A stretch of 64,000 bases of DNA from Owenia fusiformis (Eukaryota). This document shows, piece after piece, positions 48,481 through 60,999 of the stretch (positions within the stretch are counted from its first letter, which is position 1; every line of letters begins with the position of its first letter). The stretch spans positions 1,612,001 to 1,676,000 of the forward strand of contig CAIIXF020000001.1 of assembly GCA_903813345.2 (NCBI GenBank). The letters are read 5' to 3'. The notes beneath the pieces were generated by a model. That model saw only the letters and a list, made by a program, of their open reading frames with translations. It was not told the DNA's origin and did not search any database. The translations under genes were made by a program, and so were the position numbers.

Positions 48481-51400
48481 TTTCCTTTGCTTCCTCTCCA
48501 GTCTAAACTTGAAGTTACATATTTCTGAACTAATTGTAATTAAGGACCAGAATTAAGATTGAAACATCGACAGGCATTGACAGGATTTGCGATGAAAACT
48601 TGCGGTTCCCAAACTTATGGAGGGAAGTGTATGTACATTGCATCAAAGACTATGATATTTAACCTTATTGATATTCAGCGAGATCAGGACAATATTGTTA
48701 GGAATACCACATAGTGTACTGGAATGAACATCGATATTGTTATAACAGAAGCTATATATTAGTACCAAATGGTACTAATGGCTATACCATGGCATTCTGA
48801 TACTCATAGCATCTTTCTGTTTCACCTGAAACATGCTCTGATATTATGAGGAATATTCTGCGATCTGAGCACATCAGATGGGAAGTGTTATAACTGTCAA
48901 TAAGTATGATAGTTATCATGTAATTATTTACCTTAATGCCAATACATTACATAATAGGCATTGTTTATTGCAGATATTGGAACAGGCACACATACAGACT
49001 TTAGATGAATATGAGCTGGGATGAAAGATCTCAAAAATCCTCATTTTTGGGCTCTCCTGGATCGCCAAATCAAGCTCATTATATCATGGCATCTCAGGGC
49101 TGAGAAGAAATGATATGTCATGGTTTATCATGATGATACCATGGTACAACACATAATAATAATAAGCCGACTCATTTGATGATGTAATATAAAAAGATAA
49201 TTTATTTGTTATTGTAATATATTATCTTGACAATATAAGTGATAAATGTTTGTCTTGTACCCTGCGACTTACATATATCCTCGTAATTATATACAAATCA
49301 TCTAATTTACTACCGTATGTAATCACATATCATATACGAAACTAAATGCACGACGTGATCGCACCCCCCCCCCGATCGCACCCCCCCCCCCCCCCCTGAA
49401 AGCTGGCTATGCCCCCGTACGCTATTGCATCCAACACTGTTAGGTTAAGTTAAGTTCAGCTCGGTTGTACACATAAGTAATGTGCACTAAGGAAATTGAT
49501 CGTATTTTAGCAACTTGTACTTGCCACATGTTGTTCAATTAAAATCTTTTATAATATGCTAAAAAGTGTGCTTCTGACATGTTCATGTTCATATCTGGTC
49601 ATATTCTCTAGCTATAGCTATAAGATATAGCTATATGCTCTAGCTATATGTGCAATCATGCAGCTGCAAATAACACCCACGCAATAACACTATGTGTTAT
49701 ACTATTAGACCAGAAATTATGTCATACTATATAGCAACTTTGAATCTAAATGAAACAATGGTATAAATCTCAATACAAAGAAAGAACCTACACTCCCCTC
49801 CATACGTCTGGCAACCAATAGCCTTCGTTTGATAGCTAAGGTAAAGCATCAACGTTTGAATGATTTTATCATTCCTTTATTATATTAGGCCAAATTTTGA
49901 CAAATGTCGGGATTCTTTTTAAATCGCCGAATATAAACAGACTTTATCAAAAGTTCCAGGGGGGCTTCTAGTTACTAGATTTATGGAGGGGGCGTCCATG
50001 TAAACTTTATACGATAGAATTTTGTACCAAGTGCGTGTCACAAGTGTCACAATTTAACCTTTTTCTAAGTTGTTTTGTATTATTTCGGCAAATATATATC
50101 AATATTCGATCAAAATGGCCTGGAAAGAATTACGCCATTTGCCGCAGAGTTTAAAATGCAGGGCAACGTTTCTGTGGTATGAATCTGACAACAATAGGCT
50201 TAGTCAAGATTTAGTATGACGCAGTCGCAGATTTTTCCCTGACTATTCAATAATGTATTGCAGCCGTGGGGGAAATTGTGCTATTCGTTTCATATTTACA
50301 CACCATTTTTGCAGTTCTACCTTGCTCATGTAACATATAAGAAACTGCGAGCGGTCAGAACTACGATCGAGCTCGTCAATAACAAACAATATCACGGAAT
50401 TGGAACATATCGGATATCACAAAGTCGTAGCAAAATACTACTAATGTTAATTTGAGTCTACAAACATGCATTCCACTCGTATATGATATTACATACCGTA
50501 TATGACTTTGATAATCTTTTTAACCCGAGCTGATATCGATTGCAACGGGATGTAAAATCTTCTGATATTTATACTGACGAAGCATATTATGATACCGGGT
50601 TTAACCCACACTTAGCCTGTTTCCAAAATGTATTTTTCCAAATTATCACGCATATGGATGCGACATCGACTCGTTTCTGATATCACGCATGCGTGGAATA
50701 ACCAATCAAGAAATATTTAACCGCTTGATACCAATCAATGTTGTTAATCTTGTGGTACTACTCTTATGATATAATCTTGTGATAGATTATGATAATCGAT
50801 AAATTATGATAATCTTGGCCATTGCATGCAATTTAATACTGGAAAGAAGACATATGCGCAGAATTTGAATTATATAAATTTACAAAATGGAATAATTTAA
50901 GCATACTTCCCTATTTCTAAATTAAAAATATCAATGAAAACTATACCCCACATGTCCTTGTATCAAATTTTGGAAATCTAATTTGGATGTAAAACAAATG
51001 CTTTCGCCACAAATTGAATTCTTAAAAACTTTTTTGTTTAATTCAAATTAGATTTCTGTATTCACTTTTCGCTTGAATATTTGTCCTTTTCAAAGGTTCG
51101 CCAAAGGATAAACAACATCATATAATTGGAATGTAGATATAGCCGGATATAGACTACTAGTTATCCAATTCTCGTTTACGTAATTTGTAAGTCACGATTA
51201 TCGAACGCTCATATTTTTTTATTTTGATGATATTTTTACTGGCGTAGGCCTCGAGACTTCTCATTGAAACTATCGATATGCACCGAATGCCCCCGATGTA
51301 CACCAGTATTCAGAATGCGCCCGAAGAATTCAAATTGCTCGTAATAAAGGAATTTTTGAACATTGATCGAATATTGATGAAGCTATTGTTATTAGATTAG

Positions 51401-52460
51401 ATCTAGTTGACATAGTTTCAAATATTGGGTCATTTCATTGTCCTTTTTAACAGCCCATATAACAGGGTGGGCCGAAATCGTCCGTTCGTTTCATTTCTCT
51501 GAGAGACAGTATAGTAAGCTTATACATACAGTTTGGTTCACGTATTAACAGTTCCACTAGTTATCAAGTGTTTCAATCAATATTATCATGTTTTTGGAAA
51601 TAGTAATTAGCTCTTCCACCCCAGTGCCTCCCCCGCCCAGTCTATAAACCTTTCTCAATCACCCAAAAATCGTATATGGGTAACACTTGTGTAATACACT
51701 CGTTCTACAAAAGAAATATTTTCGAAATCCATAGCTTATTCCTCAAAATGTTTTGGGATGCTCTTAATGAATAGAAACCAGATGGATCTGTGTGAAATAT
51801 TCAATGAAAACAAAAAGGTTCCTTACTTAGACGGGAATCTCGGGTTCAATAAATCGTGACACTAGATGCTCAATAACGTGTAATGTTTACTTAATTTGTG
51901 AAGTTACACGATAATCGAATGCTCGTATTTGTCCATTCCGTGGTTCGTGTGAGATGTCTCATTTCTCTTGCTCTAATAGTATAATATGAGTACGGTATAT
52001 GTGTGTTTGTGATAATTTCAAATGATTCTCTGCATTCCAAGATATGCAAAAGATGCAATATAAACAACTGTAAACAACCACAACTGACTGTTCCATCAAT
52101 TAACGTTATCTCATTCGTGTACTTCTAACATTCACAAAAACTTTTCGACGATGCTCTCTTATCAATCATTGATAAGGAAGAATATTGCTAATAGAATAAA
52201 TGCAACTATTCTCGCTCTTCCTCCACTTGTATTTAGGCAGGCAAGTTGAAGGCCATTATAGTTATCGAATTCGAACAGCTTCAGTTGTATTGGCCTAATG
52301 CTGGGGGTAGAACATATATAGCCCTCTTAAAGGAGCTTTGGACCCGTGCCACTTAAACCATCTTTCATCCACATGTTGATGGTGAAGAAATATACGCATT
52401 CACTGGGTGACAATTATGATCATGTTTACCCGGTAAACATACGGGTATTTTCTGCAATGG

Positions 52461-55400
52461 TCATCTTTCGTCCCAACCCTTTTTTCGCCTAATTTTTCTT
52501 TTTCTTCGACATTCACAGCACACAGTTACATCGTGTCGAGATATCTTCCACGACTCTTCGTATGTAGTCGATGAGTTCAGATTCGGCAATGGATTACAAG
52601 AGTTTGGGTCTCTTTTTAATATTTTAATCACATATTTTTTAGGCACACACTCATACATTACTCCACCCATACACTCTGTCGAGAGACATCTTCCTGTTTG
52701 AATATATGGAGGAAATACTCCTTTTTTCATTTTAACCCATTCAGTTTTCATTTTACACTGCCAAGGTTCTAAGGCTGATATAGAACGTTTCTCAATTCTC
52801 TTGTCTTCACGATGTGTTCTGTTGTTATGATACATCGTGGCTTCAGTGCCTTTAAAGCTGCGTTTGTATTCTACTGGAGTATAGTAAGGCTCCGTTTCAA
52901 CAGAGTCTGTAAACAAAGACGTGTCATCCACATCCACTGACGTAGCGTCTGTAAATGCTGCCTCCTCATACCCGATAAGCTGAGCTGCAGTCCTATCAAT
53001 TTCATCACTACTATCCAGCACATCTTCCTTTCTATTGTGTTTTTTACCCTTACGTGATTGCTTATTTTTTCTTTGTTTTTTTCTTTTCCGATTTTTTCTG
53101 CCTTTTCGCAGTTTCATTCTAGAATCATCAAAAGCTGTTCCAAGACGTCGCTTTAACTCGCCTTCTGAGAGACTTTCACATGCAGCGATCTCTAGTAAAC
53201 TAGATGCACGTTTCCTGATGTGTTTGTTCATAGTTTTTTGTGGATACGAAGACGTGGCTACAGACATAAGTACTATCATCAACAGCACAGCTAGCACTGT
53301 TCCATACAAGCATCTCGATTCCTGGAAAAATATATGGATCATTTTATTGGTGATCTACTGGTAGTAGTGAATATGAGGCATCCGTCATTTTATTCTTATG
53401 CATTGTATTTTACGAAAATTACAAATAATTGTAATTGTTCTGTTTAGTCACAATATTGCCTTCCTGTGTGGAATCTGATGTGACAGGGATCTCATTCAAT
53501 ATGTAAACATAAGTGCAAGGGCAAGAACATTAAAGAGAATTAAAGGCAGAATCAGATCTGTAGGGGGTGACAAAATTACAAGCAACTTGTATAATTGGCC
53601 TACCAATCTATTCCTTACAATATCAAATACAATACCTCCCAAAAAGATTCACAATATGTTATAATTGTTGAAGTTATTAATGATTCAAAGTGCAAAATTT
53701 GGTGAAAAATGTAAAATTCTCCCAAATAATAAGAATGGTAACTATTCTTATACAAAAATAATACATTATTGTAAAAATCTTTGGTTTTCCTTGAATAAGG
53801 TATGCACTTTGACAAGGAATGACATGAGCCTAAAATATTCTAAAATTCTAAAATTGTTTAGTCCGTTCGCTATATCCGATTCTCTCTTTAAAGCACAGTT
53901 GAAAAGTAACATTTAAAAAAGTGTACCATGAAAACAGACCCCAACATCCCAAACAATGATATAACATGCAAAAATGTCTAAATCTAATTTTAAACTTATA
54001 GATACGTCGACAATTTGTCAATTAAACCAGTTATTTAACTCCCATGTCGTTTCTTTTTATTTTGAATCCATCCATCAATGATATCAAGTATCAAAAGAAA
54101 TCGATTTGAGGAACTAGTCTGCCCGATGTAAATGATTTAAAGAGCGCCAAATGATTTTGATTGACTGGACGTTTCATAGCATCGATCAGTTAGTGAATGA
54201 AGCCTCAAAAGTATACAAAAGCACATGGCGGTTTCATTCTTCGCGACCAGTCCCGAACATCACTCTCTGGAATGTTGATTAGCATGTGACATAGTGGTGT
54301 CATGTCCTACTCATAAATGACCTTATTGCAATGTGGGAGAGATGTATACCATACAGGTGCACTCCTCACCATAAGCTTGGCAACTAAAAGTTTTCATTTG
54401 ATAGAATAACAAAGCCTGTCAGTGTGTTAATCTTAATTGTGTTCCTAAATTATAAAAATTCGGGAATTCATGACAAGCTTGATGATTTTTTCAAATTGAC
54501 AAACGTAAACAGGTTTTGGAAAGTGATCCAAAATAGGACTTCCGATTAACAGACTTATTGAGGGGAGTGTATATTACAAACAAGGCATTAACATGCCAAA
54601 ATGTCACCACCTAAAACAATTTGGTCAATTTAAAGCAAGTTGAAAAAATACCTCTTTGACTTTTTTTGACATTGAGAAGGTCATTGAAGGTCAAATGTCA
54701 AATGTAAAGTCAGATTTGAACTTCTGAGAACATGTAGATGATTTTGAAAAAAAAATTAAGTAAATTTGAAGCAAGTTGAAAAAAGACCTTTTTGACCTTG
54801 AAAAGGTCATTGAGGGTCAAATGGCAAACCTAAAGTCAGATTTGAACTTCTGAGAACATGTAGATGATTTTGAAAAAAAAATTAAGTAAATCTGAAGCAA
54901 GTTGAAAAAAGACCTTTTTGACCTTGAAGGTCAAAGGTCAAATCTAAAGTCAGATTTGAACTTCTGAGAACTTGTAAAGTCAAATTTGAACTTCTGAAAA
55001 GATGTAGATGATTTTGAAAAAAAAATTTGGTCAATTTGAAGCAAGTTGAAAACAGACCTTTTTGACCTTTTTTGACCTTGAGAAGGTCATTAAAGGTGTA
55101 ATGTCAAATCTAAAGACAGATTTGAATTTCTGAGAACATGTAGATGATTTTGAAAAAAAAATTAGTCAATTTGAAGCAAGTTGAAAAAAGACCTTTTTGA
55201 CCTTTTTTGACCTTGAGAAGGTCATTGAAGGTCAAATGTCAAATCTAAAGTCAAATCTTAAGTCATATTTGAATTTCTGAGAACATGTAGATGGTTTTGA
55301 AAAAAAAATTTAGTCAATTTGAAGCAAGATGAAAAAATACCTTTTTGACCTTTTTTGACATTGAGAAGGTCATTGAAGGTCAAATGTCAAATCTAAAGTC

Positions 55401-56249
55401 AGATTTGAAATTCTGATAACATGTAGATGATTTTGAAAAAAAAATTTAGTCAATTTGAAGCAAGTTGAAAAAAGACCTTTTTGACCTTTTTTGACTTTGA
55501 GAAGGTCATTGAAGGTCAAATGTCAAATCTTAAGTCAAATCTAAAGTCAGATTTGAATTTCTGAGAACACGTAGATGATTTTGAAAAAAATTTTTAGTCA
55601 ATTTGAAGCAAGTTGAAAACAGACCTTTTTGACCTTTTTTGACCTTGAGAAGGTCATTGAAGGTCAAATGTCAAATCTTAAGTCAAATCTTAAGTCAGAT
55701 TTGAATTTCTGAGAACACGTAGATGATTTTGAAAAAAAATTTTAGTCAATTTGAAGCAAGTTGAAAACAGACCTTTTTGACCTTGAAGGTCATTGAAGGT
55801 CAAATGTCAAATCTAAAGTCAGATTTGAAGGTCAAATGTCAAATCTAAAGTCAGATTTGAATTTCTGAGAACATGTAGATGATTTTGAAAAAAAATTTAG
55901 TCAATGTGAAGCAAGTTGAAAAAAGACCTTTTTGACCTTGAGAAGGTCATTGAAGGTCAAATGTCAAATCTAAAGTCAGATTTGAACTTCTGAGAACATG
56001 TAGATGATTTAGAAAAAAATTGAAGTCAATCTAAACAGTATTTGTTATGTTATAGGAAGTTGTAAGAAATTGTTACAGACGCCGGACGCCAACCGCCGGA
56101 CGCCAACCGCCGGACGCCAACCACCAACCGCCGGACGCCGTCGCAAAAAAACGGAGACCATAACAATATGTCACCACTTTTGGTGGTGACATAAAAATGG
56201 GTGTCGGATATAGAACGGGACATTTATACTTTACCAGAGAAAGTAACAT
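52461..56249 (-). CDS. trunk-like: Trunk/PTTH-like secreted cystine-knot growth factor precursor (noggin-related superfamily), ~291 aa
   Basis: Exon 1 56249-56235 (ATG TTA CTT TCT CTG|gtaaag) is spliced in phase 0 to exon 2 53321-52461. The protein has a hydrophobic signal, ACESLSEGELKRRLGTAFDDSRM, an RIEKR cleavage site, then PWQC..W..M..GVFPPYI..GRC....C......C.P...LKR....C..W...VTVCCEC (8 Cys, CCxC end). Confidence 0.8.
54580..56197 (-). mobile_element. Helentron-associated element (HINE) carrying a ~125-150-bp satellite array (~10 units)
   Basis: On the minus strand: 5' hairpin ATGTCACCAC-caaaa-GTGGTGACAT, a (GGCGTCCGGCGGTT)n microsatellite at 56078-56140, tandem array 54622-56030, 3' subTIR GTGGTGACAT and terminal hairpin GGCATgttaATGCC. 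Flanks are T-rich. Confidence 0.85.
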
Positions 56250-59200
56250 TTTAAATGTGTGGTGTTCGGATTTTTCTGATTATAAAACGAACGAGTGCGA
56301 TCCTTGTAAATATGCAATTTAACACGTTAACCGTTGCATGTATTACTCATCGTAGATCAATGTCACTGGTGACAAAGACCTGAATAGGCTGTGGATCGGA
56401 TACCACAATTTCATCTGCATATGTCAGGTTGTCAATTGTACCTCAAAATGAAAGTTAAATGATTTGACACAGACAAAATCCAGGTATGTTAGATTAGGTT
56501 GTGACTCGTCAATGTCTTAATAAAAGTACACGTGTAATATCCTGTCGACATTTATTTCGGGGGGTCACAAGCACGACCCAAACAACGAAAGTAAAATGTG
56601 AATATATGTATAGTTTTTTAAACTCACATCACAGCAGGCAGAATACGTGCGATAAAAAATGGAAGATGCCTTTGACCAGTCAGATCAAGGGAAAGATCAA
56701 TACCCGGTGATTTCAGCGGGAAGTGGCGTTTCGTTCATTGGATGAGCTGCGCGCGCACGCATAAATGTGATTATCCAATATAATTAGGGGAGGGCTATTT
56801 GAAGTAGTTTTTGGTCTCAGGCGCGACCCAGGGCTGTTGTCTTAAGGACATTTTGTTGAAAATGAGCCATTCGGCTGATAATTGGTAAGAGTTTGCGATC
56901 TTATAATGTATAACTGTTACTCAGACACATATTTTGACACGATTCTGTTGGAAATAAGCTTTGAACCGAGAGATATTCACGATTGATATGCACATTTTTG
57001 ATTGTGCCATTGCTTTTCTATTGCACAATCCATGTATTGATAGAAGAAACATTAATAATGCAGATTGGTTTACCTTCAATACATGGCAGACACTACATAT
57101 CGGTCTATTAATACCAGTTTGTGCCTTAAATAGTTTTATATTTCCATCCACGGCCTGGAGCCTGGGTGTGTTTGTCTCTTATGTGTATGCTTGTGCATGG
57201 ACTTCTAATCACTAGCAGAATTTAACATGATGCAAACTCGACATTATAACTCATGCTGTAACATTTTGACTTCGCTGGAAAACAATAGGAATTATTTTTC
57301 TTGCCAATCAATCATGAATCACAATCAAAATTTCAGAATGATCAATCAGGCAATGGTCCAAATCAAGTTATAACATTATATGATATTCAGCAAGAAGTCC
57401 GGTAGAAATACAGAATATTTAAACATCAAAGCTGAAAGTTAAAAGCTAATCTGTCAATTTTCTGTCTGCAAAAGAGCGTCCCAATTCTCGAAATCGTTGT
57501 TCCCTCTTCAAAAGAGAAGACGCGAAAATCTTTCCTTATAAGGGCAAAATATTTCCCATGATGCAGTTCGCGGAGGAACAAATTTCTACTTCCTTATTTT
57601 CCCTCATAGGTTTAACATGGGGATTTTCACACCTATTTTTCAAACGATATATTCGTTCATATTCCCGTACGAGAGTACAGAAAAAATTATAAGAAACGAT
57701 TGATCTCTCATTAATCTTAATATAACAGCTATTTTTTCATTGTATTAATTCATAGCGTGGTGAAAACGATGATTGAAAAGTGAGAAAATATTCCGGAATA
57801 AAAGGTCACGTGATCAGTAGACTAGTCGCCATATTGGAAAAAACAATTCCATTCGACTTTCAATACTTTCATGCCAATCTTACCGCACTACAAACTGCGA
57901 CATCGATGCAACAACTGAATAAAAGTATTCATCTTCAAATTACATTATAGAGTTACGTTGAAAACCCACAAACAACTGAGCAGTAGACCAAAGAAGACAC
58001 GTCGCTATTATCTAGGTCAATCTGTTCAGTGGTCCGAAAGCAAATCTATAGTATTCGTTTCCAAATTTTGTTGTTCATTGTACAATCTTTTATTGATTAA
58101 ACTCGGTATACTGACTATTAAAGCAATGACAAAGAAGAATACTTACGATGGTGTCATTGTTTTATTTAGCGTGCGGGTGTAAAAACAAAATTGAGTAATT
58201 AGTTTGATTGAGAACTTTCGTGTCATGCAAATAGCTACGCGAAATGCATAGTGGGAAAATATTGACCAATCAAATTTTGTCCTTTTTGAGTGATTTTTCA
58301 GTACATATTTGCGAACGTTCTGATTCAAAGAGCGAACCGCGAAAGGGAGAATAGCGTTTACATTTGACACAATAACAGACTGAGGCTTTGAAATCTAGGA
58401 TTCCCCAGGAAAATATGACGTCATACTAATTAGCATAAGGATTTCCCTATTGGTGTGGGTCGAGCCTTGTTCGAAAACACAATCCATAAATACATGCTAA
58501 TTTCTAAGGAGATAGGAAGTGTATAACGTGTTTATCGATTTTGTTTAAAGATTTAATCAATTATCAAATTGTTTAAGTGGATAAAGTGGTCACACTTGCT
58601 TCAATTCATAGCGAAATCGACGGATAGAAACTGACCGAAATCCCGATATCCTACCCCGTATTACTGTAGGCTATAAGCACAGTGACCTACAGAGGGCGCT
58701 ATCACAAACAAGTACTGGACGAACCGATAAATTCCCGGGTATTGTAACGCCCTTGGTCAGATAAGGCATTAATCCAATCAATTTGTATCATATTGACCAA
58801 TCAAATTTAGTCCTTTTTGAGTACATATTTGTTCCATATTTGCGAACGTTCCGATTAAAAGTGCGAACCGCGAAATGGAAAATTCTAACACAAAACACGA
58901 GTTTCTGCAAACATTCCTGCCAGGCAGTTCACAATCATCCTGATAGTCATTCCATATTTCTCATGATGGTTTACAATTAAGATTAACGTAGTTCCGTATG
59001 TCCAGAAATTGCGATGTCCTTCTAGTTGGAGTCTCATGGAATTTTTAGATACACAATATTTATTCCATTGGTACACATCTTTCATATCATCCACCGATCA
59101 CAGGGCTTCAAAATCCAGAATATATTCTTTTTTTTATAATATTTTTTATTTCAAAGAATAAGCATGTTAAAGCAATTGCAAAAAACAATTACAGTACAGT

Positions 59201-59375
59201 TACATGGTAAACCTACATTTGACAATTTTTTATTCTTTTTTTTACCGAAGAAGGAGGTACGAATTCTGGATACCTGCTTAGGAGGATGCTTTCATATTTG
59301 CACAAAGAGTGCATGATACCTAATTATTAGTTGAGCATTGATAAAGATGTGGAAATCTAAAAAATAGGTACTGAT

Positions 59376-59699
59376 CTATGGCGGATCCGGGGGGGGGGGC
59401 ATGGGCCCCCCCCCCCTAAGGTTGGCCCAGAAAAAAAAAGTTGGGCCCAAAAAAAATTTAGGCCAAAAAAGGCTTAAGGCCCCAAAAAGTGGGCCTTTTG
59501 GTCATTATTGTGCCTTCTAAGGCCTTATTTTTTAAATTTTAGGCCAAATTTTGAAGAAAATGGGCCTCAAATTTTCAAAATTTGGGCCCACTTTTCGGTT
59601 TTAGGGGCCCAAAAAAATTTTCCGCGCACGCGCAAAGGTTTTTTCTCTGACCTCAAATTTGGGCCCCCCCCCACCTGTTGGTTCCTGGATCCGCCACTG
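59376..59699. mobile_element. hAT-like MITE with 5-bp TSD
   Basis: CTGAT|CTATGGCGGATCC...GGATCCGCCACTG|CTGAT. Confidence 0.8.
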
Positions 59700-59837
59700 C
59701 TGATAGTAACTGATTTTTCTGAATTTCCAAAAATGATTTACCCTCAACTTATATTAGAACGTGTGGAACGTGTGGAAGAAAGATTATGTACACTATTTAA
59801 GGATAACTCAGTTGAAACAGAAATACATTTTCTGTAT

Positions 59838-60718
59838 AATTTTTTATTTACTTAAGTATTAGGAATAACGGATAGACATGTCGATGACCACAGTGTTAAG
59901 TCTTCATGGATAGGCTAAACATCTTAAATATTTCTTATATATCTTATATCTTATATATATCTTGTCTTATCAGAAATCTAATATGTAACAATAAACCAAT
60001 TATAGCATCTTCTATATATCGTTTAACTTACCGTACATCATAAGGATTCCATTCTGATACTCATTACATCTTTCTGCCTTCAACTAGAAATCTTCTAGAG
60101 AGAAGCTAAAGGAAAACTATGATTTCTCATGATGAAGGATTCCACATATCACGGGACTTCATCCTAGATTTCTTTTTAGAATCATTTGAATAAAATCCTG
60201 CCCCGAGAGATAAATATATTGTATACCTTATTTTTTAAAACTAATTCCAGCTTGGAACAAAAGCAAATGGCAGGTGACCTTTCGGAATAATTAAACCCAA
60301 TGGAACCAGTTTAATACACCAACGTCAAATATCCAAAGGTCGGTCCACTTGTCTTACCTTAAGGTAGTTCTGCATGTGCACAAAGTTTTAAGGCTTCTTA
60401 ATTATCATGTTATTTTCAGTTGCATATTACTCATTCCATACATTTTCAGTTTTGAACAAAGATTACATAAATGTACATAGAATATTTAGTTTAGTTTATA
60501 TATTTATCTCTAGTGGTCAGTCTTACAATTCAATATAAAAAATATTAATAACAATATTACTCAGCCCATCTTGGGCTTATTAACCACGGTTAACATTTAT
60601 AAGATATAAGATATGTATATAAGAAATAAATAGATGTTTTAGCCTATCCATGAAGAGTTAACACTGTCGTCATCGACATGTCTATCCGTTATTCCTAACA
60701 CTTAGTAAATAAAAAATT
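59838..60718. mobile_element. MITE with ~120-bp inverted ends
   Basis: TAGGAATAACGGATAGACATGTCGATGAC..CAGTGTTAA..TCTTCATGGATAGGCTAAA is inverted at about 60638-60697. No clear TSD. Confidence 0.7.
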
Positions 60719-60999
60719 GTCACTAGTGAGTTCTGCTTCCTTGGACCTGATGCTATTTCACGAGTACATAGGCGGGTCAACCTCCGACTGTCTTCTGACA
60801 ATTAATCATTGTTACAAGCAGTTTTTATTAACTACATATGTTTTGAATAAAATGCTTGACTCGCATTGAATGCTCAGTTCATATTTTATGCAGATGAGAT
60901 TGTTCACCTGTTAAGTGGTCTATATGGGGTGTATCCGACACTTCACGTGCGAGAGTGAGCATTCAAAACTGACTTTCTAATATATTCTAGCAGGCCACT

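Noticed and set aside
52461-53342. Noggin orthologue, and start codon at 53342
   Set aside because: The Cys pattern ends CCxC (trunk type), not CxCxC. The ORF's first 7 codons overlap a splice acceptor (ttttttccag), and a better first exon exists at 56249-56235.
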